From: Octopus sinensis
Lineage: Eukaryota
Assembly (NCBI RefSeq): GCF_006345805.1
Contig: NC_042999.1
Span: 159,712,001 to 159,776,000 of the forward strand
Length of the DNA stretch: 64,000 bases
Direction of reading: 5' to 3'
Shown here in pieces: positions 53,828-64,000 of this stretch. The notes beneath the pieces are model-generated. The model was given only the letters and a program-made list of their open reading frames with translations, had not been told where the DNA came from and made no database searches. How positions within the stretch are numbered: position 1 is the stretch's first letter; each line of letters starts with the position of its first letter. Both the position numbers and the translations under genes were made by a program.

Positions 53828-53917
<90 letters not shown>

Positions 53918-54610
53918 TACACACACATACACATGTATGTATATATAAATATATATATATACATGTATATATATAATGTCACATAACCAACCCTCTCAGA
54001 CAGTACCTTGGATCGTAGGGCGACATGCCGTGCTTGAGGAGACCTATTGAGTCAAGTACATCATAATCAAATCAAATCGAAATTGCAGCTGTGGTCCCCA
54101 TGCCAGTGGCACATTAAAAGTGCCATTCGAACGTGGCCGATGCTGGCACCGCCTTGACTTGCTCCTATGTCGGTAGCATATAAAAAGCACCATCCAATTA
54201 TGGTCAGTGCCAGCCCACTCTATCCCCGGTGCTGGTAGCAAATAAAAAAAATATCACCACCTACACTCTCAGAGTGGTTGGCGTTAGGAAGAGCATCCAG
54301 CTGTAGAAACACTGCCAGATCAGACTGGAGCCTGGTGCAGCCTCCTGGCTTCCCAGACTCCAGTCAAACTGTTCAAGCCATGCTAGCATGGAAACCGGAT
54401 GTTAAACAATGATAATGAAGATGATTATGGTGTGTGTGTGTATATATATATAGATATATACATATATATGCATGTATATATATAGAGAGAAATATATGCA
54501 TGTATATATATATAGAGAGAGATATATGCATGTATATATATAGAGAGAATATATGCATGTATATATATATATAGAGAGAAATATATATATGTATATATAG
54601 ATATAGAGAG

Positions 54611-54651
<41 letters not shown>

Positions 54652-55058
54652 GATATAGAGAGATTGAAAGATATATATTCATATATATATATATATATAT
54701 ATATGTATATGTATATATATAGAGAGAAATATATATATATATATACACATGTATAATAATACACAAGGAACAGATCCAATTCCTGCAATACAGATAGATT
54801 CCTTTGAGTGAACAGATAGAGTGATGTGCATGTAATATCCAACCAAACTTCACAGTTTTCCCCATCTACCAGTGCAAAGAAGCCATTTTTACACAATAAC
54901 ATTTAAATAAACAAAATTTGTTTATTGAAAAATACAGAACACGTCTAAATATGAACACATAACTAACTTTGGACTGAGTATTTACTTTAATTCATGATCA
55001 CTTTACGTATTTCATCTCACTACTTTAGCTTTTGAGTTTTCGTGTATATATATATGTA

Positions 55059-55229
55059 GGTGCAGGAGTGGCTGTGTGGTAAGTAGCTTGCTAACCAACC
55101 ACATGGTTCCGGGTTCAGTCCCACTGCGTGGCATCTTGGGCAAGTGTCTTCTGCTGTAGCCCCGGGCCGACCAATGCCTTGTGAGTGGATTTGGTAGATG
55201 GAAACTGAAAGAAGCCTGTCGTATATATG

Positions 55230-55260
<31 letters not shown>

Positions 55261-55472
55261 GTGTTTGTGTATCTGTGTTTGTCCCCCTAGCATTGCTTAA
55301 CAACCGATGCTGGTGTGTTTACATCCCCGTCACTTAACGGTTCGGCAAAAGAGACCGATAGAATAAGTACTGGGCTTATTCTAAGTCCCAGGGTCGATTT
55401 GCTCGACTAAAGGCGGTGCTCCAGCATAGCCGCAGTCAAATGACTGAAACAAGTAAAAGAGTAAAAGAGAGA
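55059..55472 (+). mobile_element. SINE family A
   Basis: Full-length match. Confidence 0.88.
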
Positions 55473-56093
55473 GTATATACTTAACCCCTCCCCGAAAGAT
55501 GACAAATTACTTTCTCTGTCCCCTATAATAATAATCACCAATCACCTCTCCTTAGATTTTTCTATTTGTTGAATCATTCATTCACAAACTTCTTCACACA
55601 CAACTTGGACTAAAATCTTCTCAAGAAATTAACGCAGGCAAAGACAATATATAATTAAACGTATTAGAATTTAGATAAATTTAAAGAGGAAATTATTGGT
55701 TTTTAATGATTTCACTTACATTGTGAGTGCTGAATTTTGATTCTAGTCTGGCAAAACTTTTCAAGCAACATATACAAAATAGCAACAAATATCAAAATAT
55801 TGCACAAATTTTCCATTTTACAAGGCAACCAAAATCTCAAGTCCATGCTTACTTAACAATCATTACAAGGTTAGATAATGTTAATAAATGAATATACATA
55901 TACAATATGAATAATATCCATTTGAATAATACTGTATTCTACATTAATATCTATAATGTATGTATGTGTTTCCATATATCATGGTAAACATCAACTTGAT
56001 AATGAATTAATGAATATTTTTCAGTTATTTGATGAGTTTGGAAGGAATGCACATTTGAACCTTCAGCACTGAAATGACTGTCAAATGTAATAC

Positions 56094-56156
56094 TTAATTC
56101 TTCACATTGTTTCTTTAATTTATCCTGCAGTATCTCATAGCTTTGAGATTTCAAAT
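56094..56156 (-). CDS. Candidate alternative beta-PIX exon (DLKSQSYEILQDKLKKQCEEL); the frame stays open to TAG at 55951 if used as a terminal exon
   Basis: aatcacag|AT TTG acceptor in phase 1; weak internal donor TAA|gtatta gives a 63-nt phase 1/1 cassette. Prediction only. Confidence 0.3.
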
Positions 56157-56534
56157 CTGTGATTGTTAATTTTTAGAATGACATTGTGGAGTAGGTATGA
56201 GAAGCAAGATATGGCCAGATTTGAACATAAAACAGGTTGAATAAAGGGTAAACTCACATACAAAATTTAAAAGAGTAATAATTACTATTCCTTGGGCCAA
56301 CTAATTTTCTTATTTTTTAATAATGTGTATTATTAAACATGAATTAAAAGTCATAAAAAGAATATAAACTTTCCTAATTACAATGGATTGTAGTTCAGAA
56401 TGAAGATTTACAGTAAATGAAACCTTTTAACAAAATCATATTCTTTGAACATTAATTAAATCAAAGGACCAGTATATATACATTATATATCTCAGTCAAA
56501 TGTTAAATACTTTTATCAGTACATTCTTGACTGG

Positions 56535-56925
56535 CTTATGTGCCGGTGGCACATAAAAAGCACCATCCGAACGTAGCCAATGCCAGCGCCGCCTTCACAG
56601 GCTTATGTGCCAGTGGCACGTAAAAAGCAGCATCCAAACGTGGCCAATGCCAGTGCCACCTTGACTGGCTTCCATGCCAGTGGCATGTAAAAAGCACCAA
56701 CCAATCGTGGCCAATGCCAGCGCCGCCTTGACTGGCTTCTGTGCCAGTGGCACGTAAAAAGCACCCACTACACTCATGGAGTGGTTGGCGTTAGGAAGAA
56801 CATCCAGCTGTAGAAGCACTGCTAGATCAGACTGGAGCCTGGTGCAGCCTCCTGGCTTCTCAGACCCCGGTCGAACTGTCCAACCCATGCTAGCATGGAA
56901 AACGGACGATGATGATGATGATTCA
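56535..56925 (+). mobile_element. Family E retroelement: ~70-bp tandem units plus an RTE-like (GAT)n tail
   Basis: About 4 units of GTGCC(G/A)GTGGCAC(G/A)TAAAAAGCAC..., then a conserved 3' part. Other copies at 34835-35035, 35052-35287, 44348-44652, 48280-48488, 48606-48800 (-) and 54095-54425. Confidence 0.8.
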
Positions 56926-57650
56926 ATAACCACAATGCCAATATTATGTATTTAGCTTTTCTGAACAAACTTTGGTCTTTCAAGTATATAACATTACAAT
57001 CCAAACATTCTACTGTAGATAAAAAAACTGACACTAAGTGTACCATATCAGTTACACACAGAAGGATTAGTTCAGTGAATACAATAAAATGCAAAGTACA
57101 GCCAGGGATATTTAGTGATAGAAAAGTACACAAAGCCTAAAGTTTGTAGTCCTTTGGAAGTCAATATGGTTTCTAATTAGGATTCTTAATCAGTAACATT
57201 GGGTCTTCAAACTCAATGATAAAGGGATATAAAAACTATTAAAATGGGAAAAGTCAATGACACTATTAAGAGATAAAAGGTAAAATCAATTTAACTCATT
57301 ATTATTATTATTAATATTATTATTATTATTTTATATAACAGTACAAAGTATTTTACAATTATTATTTGGAATTTTTTTTTTTTATATTTACTTGAAAATA
57401 TCAACTTATTTCATGTGAAGTAATATTCTGGAAAGAAGGATCTCTACTTTGAAGACTCTAGGCCATGTGTGCAATTCATTTTATTTATCATAAAAAAACG
57501 AAAAAAACAGACAGCACAATATCCAGCAAAATATTTAACAAGACATGTATAGTATGTGAAGAGCAACACAGGGTGAACTGACTGAGCAATATATAGTAGA
57601 AACTGTAGCAACAACATTCGAAAAATAAATATAAAATAGGTAAAACACAC

Positions 57651-57668
57651 CTGCTGGCACCTTGATAT
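57651..57668 (-). CDS. ARHGEF7: Probable 18-nt microexon (x-IKVPA-x) of beta-PIX
   Basis: About 40-nt polypyrimidine tract, then cag|ATATCAAGGTGCCAGCAG|gtgtgt, with branch-like CTGAC/GTAAC upstream. Symmetric phase 1/1, in frame with exon 46632-46716. No homology support. Confidence 0.6.
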
Positions 57669-58441
57669 CTGACCAGAGAGGGACAAGGAAGAGAAAGAGA
57701 GAGATGAAATAAGTTACGTTCATGTACGGTCAGGTAAACTAAAATCATTCTGCTCATTTTTACTTGAGAACATAAAACATGTAATAGCAAATAAAAGTAA
57801 GAAAATACATTCAAACTGTCACAAGTACTGTAGTTAATTATACATTTAAGACAAGGCAGTCCAGACTGCAAAGAATTCATTCATCTGTATAGCATGGTCC
57901 TGTTTGAAAATACTGTTATTTTTATGTGATCTTACAGAGACTACATTATTCTCTATTTGCAAATGTGTTTATGTACATTGAATTAAGTCTCCATGTCAGA
58001 AACAGCCTGTGTCTGGAGAATACACACAACACACACACGGAATATCTTCTGAGAGACTTAAGTTTCTAAGCATGAGTTACAACAAGAACTGATAGGAATT
58101 GAAAGAACCAGTTACAGAAGTTACTTCTCAAATATACAATTGGTAAAGGAATATTGTAAAGTAACAAAAGCTAAACAATAAAAAAAAAAGAAATCTTTAA
58201 TATATATATACTGGAATGTGAAACATAAATGTGAAACAAAGTGGAAAAAAAGAGTACTCAAATACCAGTGGTAGAGTAATATGCTTTATTTAAAAGCAGC
58301 AGAAAATTCAACAAAACCTGTTACTCTGAGTTTCGTGTTCCCGTTCTAGCAAAAACTGTCCGATGAACAGGAACGTGAAACTCAGAGTAACAGGTTTTGT
58401 TGAATTTTCTGCTGTTTTTAAATAAAGTGTATATATATATA

Positions 58442-58529
<88 letters not shown>

Positions 58530-59632
58530 CAAACATTTCACCTGCAAGAAACTTTTAGTTCAAATCACGTTGCAATATAATTTCCGTCTATGTCAAGTAA
58601 ATTCATTACTATAAATGACTCCACTTATGGATTGATGAGATTCCAAATGACTATGATGAAAATATTCCAAGTCTTTAATGATTGTGAGACAACACAGCAC
58701 AAAAAGTGTTTGTACACATTTCTTTTTTTTCCTTAGGAAAAATAAGAAAAGGATTAAACTTATCGAATTTTTATCTATGATATATGTGCATAAGTGTACA
58801 TCCATGTACATATGCGGAAATTTTATATGAATAAAAATATTGAAAAATTTTTTAATAAATAAGATTTCCCTAATAGGGAAAAAGGTAATATTTGTATCTA
58901 TTTGTTTATCTATCCTATATGTCTATCTATCTATAATATATATATATAGAATTCAAATTTACAGAAAACTATATATATATACATACATTATTAGGGCCCT
59001 GGGATATGTAACACACTGCCTAAATACCAATCTTGAGAAATTAGGCTTCTCAAAACCAGAAAGGAGAAAGTTAATTCGAAGACTACAGATCCAGTCTATT
59101 ACTGGAATTGTAAAAATCTGTAAAACTTTCCAGAAGTTTATCATTGAAATATATATGAGCATGTCTAGATATGTAACTATATGCATGAGAATACATACAT
59201 AAAACATACAAACTTGCACATACATACATACATACACACACATACATGCATACATACATATCCTGTTGTTGATATTGAAATTCCAATGAAGGAATCTTGG
59301 ATCTAGGTTAGAAACCAGTTCTTTATTGGCAAGAAATCTTGAGACAGACAGACATACATACATATATATATATATGGTGAAAGGAATGAACAAAAAGCAA
59401 AAGGACAAGTTTTAAAGCTTAAAAATAGAAGAGAAAGTGTCGTGATTTCTTGGCTGCTACTCCTTCATCAGAAGACCAATACAGGAGTAAAAGAGGAGTG
59501 TGAAAGAGAAGTGAATGAGAAGAGAGCGAGAAAAGAAGCAAGAAGTTAGTGGCCAAGAGGGAATGCCAAACTAGGGGTGGGGAAGAGTTAAGAAGGAAGG
59601 AAAGAGTAGGTATCTGTGTGATGCATGGCTGT

Positions 59633-59875
59633 GAAAGGTAGGAGAGTCCAGTTTTCTGGACATTGTTGTAGAGCTGAAAACGAATCAATTTCTACTCTTC
59701 TACTCGCAATACCAGAGGGCGCACACTCTCCTACCCTGATGTAATCTCCAGGGATACAGGCATCCAGCAACAGGACCTCCATAATGCCATGATGGACCGT
59801 GAAGTCTGGCGTAGCATGGTAAATTCCATTGTCTCGACCACGGTCGAACAATGATGTTGATGATGGGTGTGCAAA
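59633..59875 (+). mobile_element. 3' end of the same RTE/RTEX-like LINE
   Basis: Inverted homolog of 5994-6250; ends ...STTVEQ* followed by (TGA)n. Confidence 0.75.
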
Positions 59876-60079
59876 TATAGATGTGTAAGAAGTTTTGCAA
59901 TGGGCATTAAAGGGGGAATGCTGTGCATCAAGTGGGTTTGTAGTGTGTGTATCTATACAGAAGTACAGTGGCATGGGGTGGGATTTTGGTTTGTGTGTGT
60001 GTGTGTATGAGAGGGAGAGAGATAGAGAGCATAATGAAAGGCAGTGAAAGCAGGTCCAAGAGTGAAGCAAAGGGAAGGC

Positions 60080-60345
60080 ATCCATCCACAATTCCTTGGT
60101 GAGATGTGAGATAGAATCTTTAGGCACCACCTCCATAAGTTCCTATCAGAAGCAACCATCATTAGACATTCTGGCTGGATGCCCATGCATGACCAACTGA
60201 AACTATGGATAGAACCCAACCATTTCATTCTGAGTCTAACCCTAGGTCTCCTGCCAGTCGGCTCCACTTGAAGCATCCATTTCGTGATTCTTTCCTTTAA
60301 CATTCTCATCATGTGCCCTTAGTACTAAGTTGTAACCTCTCAATG
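60080..60345 (-). mobile_element. RTE LINE 3' fragment
   Basis: GRRPRVRLRMKW...DRNLWR motif. Confidence 0.65.
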
Positions 60346-60351
60346 TGGAGA

Positions 60352-60660
60352 AAGTTAAGTTAAGTTAAGTTAAGTTAATTTTTTGGCTCAAAAAGCAAAA
60401 AGCAAGGCCATGTAGGGGGACATGGAGTTATGTACAGGGAGGGTGTTCATGCAAAGAGTTTAGGCCATTTCTGGTCAAAAGAGACTTTGAACCGAGCGGT
60501 TGTCGGCATCTTCACTATCTCGTTCAGCAGCTTATTCCACAGATCCGCAACCCGGACGGAGAAAGCCCCTCTCCTTCGATTGAGATGAAATCATCGCAGA
60601 CAGAGCTTTTCGGAGTGACCCCGCAGAAGTACCAGCTTAACCTGAAGAGACTACATGATC
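60352..60660 (-). mobile_element. CR1/L2-like LINE 3' end with (TTAAC)n tail
   Basis: LRGHSEKL...FSVRVADLWNKL motif plus a pentanucleotide tail. Confidence 0.75.
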
Positions 60661-60839
60661 TCTGAGCCATGCACCATTGAGTAACATTACACCAGAGATC
60701 CTCTGAGGAACCCCATTTTAGCCACTTGTATCTGTCTTTCAGTTATTATCCAACATTTATGACCATGGGTTAAAATAGGCACAAAACCAAATTGAAGATA
60801 GCATGTTCAGGTTTTCTACCTTTTTTACTTACTGAAGAC

Positions 60840-61400
60840 CAAATGGTGGAGCTGGCACATTGCAATGTCTCTCAACCAATCAGTGGCCAGTTTGCCTGAT
60901 AATGATAAATATTACAGACAGAACGTTGGAGTGCATGTATCAAGTAACTAAAAGTGCAGCAAAAAGGAAACCCAAGCAGAAGGTGCAGTGGTTGGGTCCA
61001 GTATGGGTGGAGGTGCTACAGGGAAAGAGCAGGTTTGATAGCATGGACAGGAGCAGGATCTGGGAGAGAAATGAGGAAGGAGCTATGGATAAGGAAGCTA
61101 GAAGATTGTGAGAATGCTTAAAGACAAGAATGGATGGAAGAGGGAAGAAGTGGAAGGAAGATAGCAGAAGTCAAAGAGAGTGGGGCATTGCAGTGGCAGG
61201 TTAATAGGAGGGTTAGGGGGAAGGAGAAGCAATGGGTCAGATTGTGGATGCTGGGTGAGAGGGCTAAGGTGTGTTCAATGGCATGGGTGTGGGAGAGGGT
61301 ATAGTAGGAGTTGGTGGGTTTGTAGAAGACAGAGGCAGAAATGGTGAGGGTAAGGCAGTCAATAGAGATGATGGTTATGATGAGGGAATGAATGGATATA
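60840..61400 (-). mobile_element. Highly decayed Penelope GIY-YIG fragment
   Basis: Remnant SNV..VIF..GQTG on the minus strand in a GA-rich context like 31806-32400. Confidence 0.4.
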
Positions 61401-61914
61401 TCAGAGATGAGCGAAAAGAGCTTAAATCCTTAAAATCCTTTAAAATGTTTTAGCCCGAAGGCCGCGGCCATGCTGGGGCACCACCACTGAAAGTATTTAG
61501 CAGCTTATGAGTAAGAGGGTGCAGTGAAACAGTCATTGATACAATGGCCACATAGCTCTGGAGTAACCAGTAAACAAGGAGAAGAAATGAGATGTAATGG
61601 TAGTCAACAAATAGGCTGGCCATACCCATGGTCACTCAAGTGACCTGTCCATACACCTTACCTACAAAGGAGCATAGAAGTACTAAAACAGAGAGTGGTG
61701 TGAAGGTCAAGAAAATGATTTTGAGAACCTGGAGGTCCCCATCATGAGGGATGACAATATATAGGGAGCTGATGTCCATAGTGAAAATGAGGAAGAGTTT
61801 GAGGAGGAAGAGGCAGAGAGCATTGTTGGAGGTGAGAACAGCTGAGTGGGGAAATTACAACAGAGTAACCAAGGTTTTCTGATTTATTTATCTTGGGAAG
61901 AAAAGGAAGGAGGA

Positions 61915-62297
61915 AGCACTCCGTCGGTTACGACGATGAGGGTTCCGGTTGATCTGAATCAACGGAACAGCCTGCTCATGAAATTAACGTGTAAGTGGCT
62001 GAGCACTCCACAGACACGTGTACCCTTAACGTAGTTCTCGGGGATATTCAGTGTGACACAGAGAGTGACAAGGCCAGCCCCTTGAAATACAGGTACAACA
62101 GAAACAGGAAGTAAGAGTGAGAGAAAGTTGTGGTGAAAGAGTACAGCAAGGATCACCACCATCCCCTGCCGGAGCCTCGTGGAGCTTTAGGTGTTTTCGC
62201 TCAATAAACACTCACAACGCCCAGTCTGGGAATCGAAACCGCGATCCTACGACCGCAAGTCCGCTGCCCTAACCACTGGGCCATTGTGCCTCCACTG
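61915..62297 (-). mobile_element. Chimeric SINE: family C head plus family D tail
   Basis: Direct comparison with 22028-22298 and 53500-53826. Confidence 0.85.
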
Positions 62298-63007
62298 TGA
62301 AGAAAGTATATGGTAGGGATACAGAGGGTTGTGAACAGTGAGATGGGAGGCAGTGGGGGGAGGAGTGAAGAAAAGATAAGCTGGCAGATCATTCACTACA
62401 CCACATGACTCATATCCTTAACAATGATCAAAAGTTCGTGCAGCTTTGATTTTATAAATTAATGATGACATAAAGTCAACAAATCTTTCTTTAATTAATG
62501 CTCTTTTTAGCAAACATTTTTACTTCAGTTTTCTTTTTTGGACATTTGTATTTAGATCATTATTATCTTCCATAAATAGTAACAATTCTGAAGTTTCTTT
62601 CACAGACATTTGTAAATATATTCATATCCAACTTGACATTTGAAATGTGAACAAGTGGCAGCTGATATATTGGCCGATGCTTTGCACAAACTTATTAACA
62701 GAAGCAGATTTATTGAATAAGTTAATACAGGTTCTTTTTGCTCTGTTTTGTTTTTTTTACTAAAACTAGTAGGAACATTTAACCCTCTTAATACCAACCT
62801 GTCTGAATTTGTCCCCAATAAAGTGTTCATGTTTAACCCTTCTTTTGTTAATATATTTCTGTTGATATACATTGCTTTTGTTTCAATTAACATTGAAAAT
62901 AACAAATAACTCAGTAAAATAATTTTGTTATTACCAAGCCAGTGTTTGCAACATAAATTAACAGGAAGTTTGTGCCAAGGGACAAAGAGTGGTCTCAAAA
63001 GGTTTAA

Positions 63008-63221
63008 CCCTTTTGTTACCAACCCGGCTGAAACTGGCTCTGAGTACAAATGTCTTGTTTTTATAAGTTTTGAATTAAAATCTTCCACCAAACCTTACTC
63101 ACAATTTATGTTCATAACACTAGCTTAATGATAAGTAAGTTATTTTACTAATGTCTTTGTTATATTTAAAGTAATTGAAAGAAACGCAGTGCATCCCAAA
63201 ATAAATACAGTAACGAAAGGG
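63008..63221 (+). mobile_element. piggyBac-type MITE, same family; abuts a related element at 62783-63003 sharing the TTAA
   Basis: TTAA|CCCTTTTGTTAC...GTAACGAAAGGG|TTAA. Confidence 0.85.
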
Positions 63222-63761
63222 TTAAATGAAACTTCAGTCAAAATCTAAGCATAACACAAATGATATCAAAAGACTTCAGTTGACCAACACAAGCAAAATA
63301 TAATATAACATACTAACTAAATTCTTCGAAATCTTGTTTATACAGAAAATAACTGAAATAATTCATCCATTTACTCATTAGAAATATAGCCCCCAAAAAG
63401 GTTAAGAGAGATATTTTTAACCACAAACAACATTTCAAAAGAGGGTATTAGGTAATCCAACCAATGCATAATACAATAGGAACATTTTACCGAGTCAAAA
63501 ATGAGAAATAATATTGTTGATGCACTTACTCAAGATTGCTACATATCTTAATGTTTACTTCAGCACAAAATTAAGCTCTTAAGAACCTCACTTGGTATTA
63601 GCAACATAACATAAGACAATAATGACACTGTCAATTTCAACAGCACATGATAAAGTACAGCAACATAACAGAAGTATTTGTACCCAACAACATTGCTGAC
63701 TGTCTCACATTAAGTAGTTTTCTTATTTAAAATTCCACCCATGCCATATATAGGCATCTTT

Positions 63762-64000
63762 TCTCTTTTACTCTCTTTTACTTGTTTCAGTCATTTGACT
63801 GCGGCCATGCTGGAGCACCGCCTTTTAGTCAAGCAACTCGACCCCGGGACTTATTCTATTGTAAGCCCAGTAATTATTCTATCGGTCTCTTTTGCCGAAC
63901 CGCTAAGTGACGGGGACGTAAACACACCAGCATCGGTTGTCAAGCAATGCTAGGGGGACAAACACAGACACACAAACACATACACACACACACACATATA
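63762..64000 (-). mobile_element. SINE family A right arm (cut by the window end)
   Basis: Reverse complement of the family A right arm. Confidence 0.85.

Noticed and set aside
56535-56770. CRISPR-like repeat/spacer array
   Set aside because: The apparent spacers are homologous to each other; it is a tandem minisatellite in a eukaryotic retroelement.
57850-57905. Acceptor ttttcaaacag near the microexon
   Set aside because: The phase-1 frame stops after six codons and there is no good donor.
59440-59472. CTGATGA...GAAA hammerhead (minus strand)
   Set aside because: Stems I-III do not pair; at most a decayed Penelope end.
62600-63128. 163-aa ORF
   Set aside because: Runs through piggyBac-type MITEs; no recognisable domain or splice context.

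Overview
AT-rich, microsatellite-dense eukaryotic DNA. The SINE families, (TA)n/(CA)n/(CATA)n tracts and transposon content look like an Octopus (coleoid cephalopod) genome; this is recognition, not a database hit. The one clear host gene is the 3' end of ARHGEF7/beta-PIX on the minus strand: three coding exons at 46632-46716, 43754-43808 and 39433-39558, plus a probable 18-nt microexon at 57651-57668; the 5' exons lie beyond the window. The rest is mobile DNA: a decayed Ty3/Gypsy element, two full-length mariners, a second mariner family, a hAT transposase relic, RTE/CR1 LINE pieces, Penelope-like (GIY-YIG) pieces, a non-autonomous Helitron, two MITE families and about five SINE families. The most unusual signal is a set of hammerhead-ribozyme motifs. 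Two rare U3-A8 core variants each sit in a 310-360 bp non-coding unit bounded by short direct repeats (14153-14553, 34468-34799), a retrozyme or Penelope-LTR-like architecture. A canonical core lies at the exact centre of a ~350 bp spacer-less palindrome (33479-33827). Most ORFs in the supplied track are microsatellite or SINE artefacts. Repeat boundaries given without a TSD or TIR are approximate.
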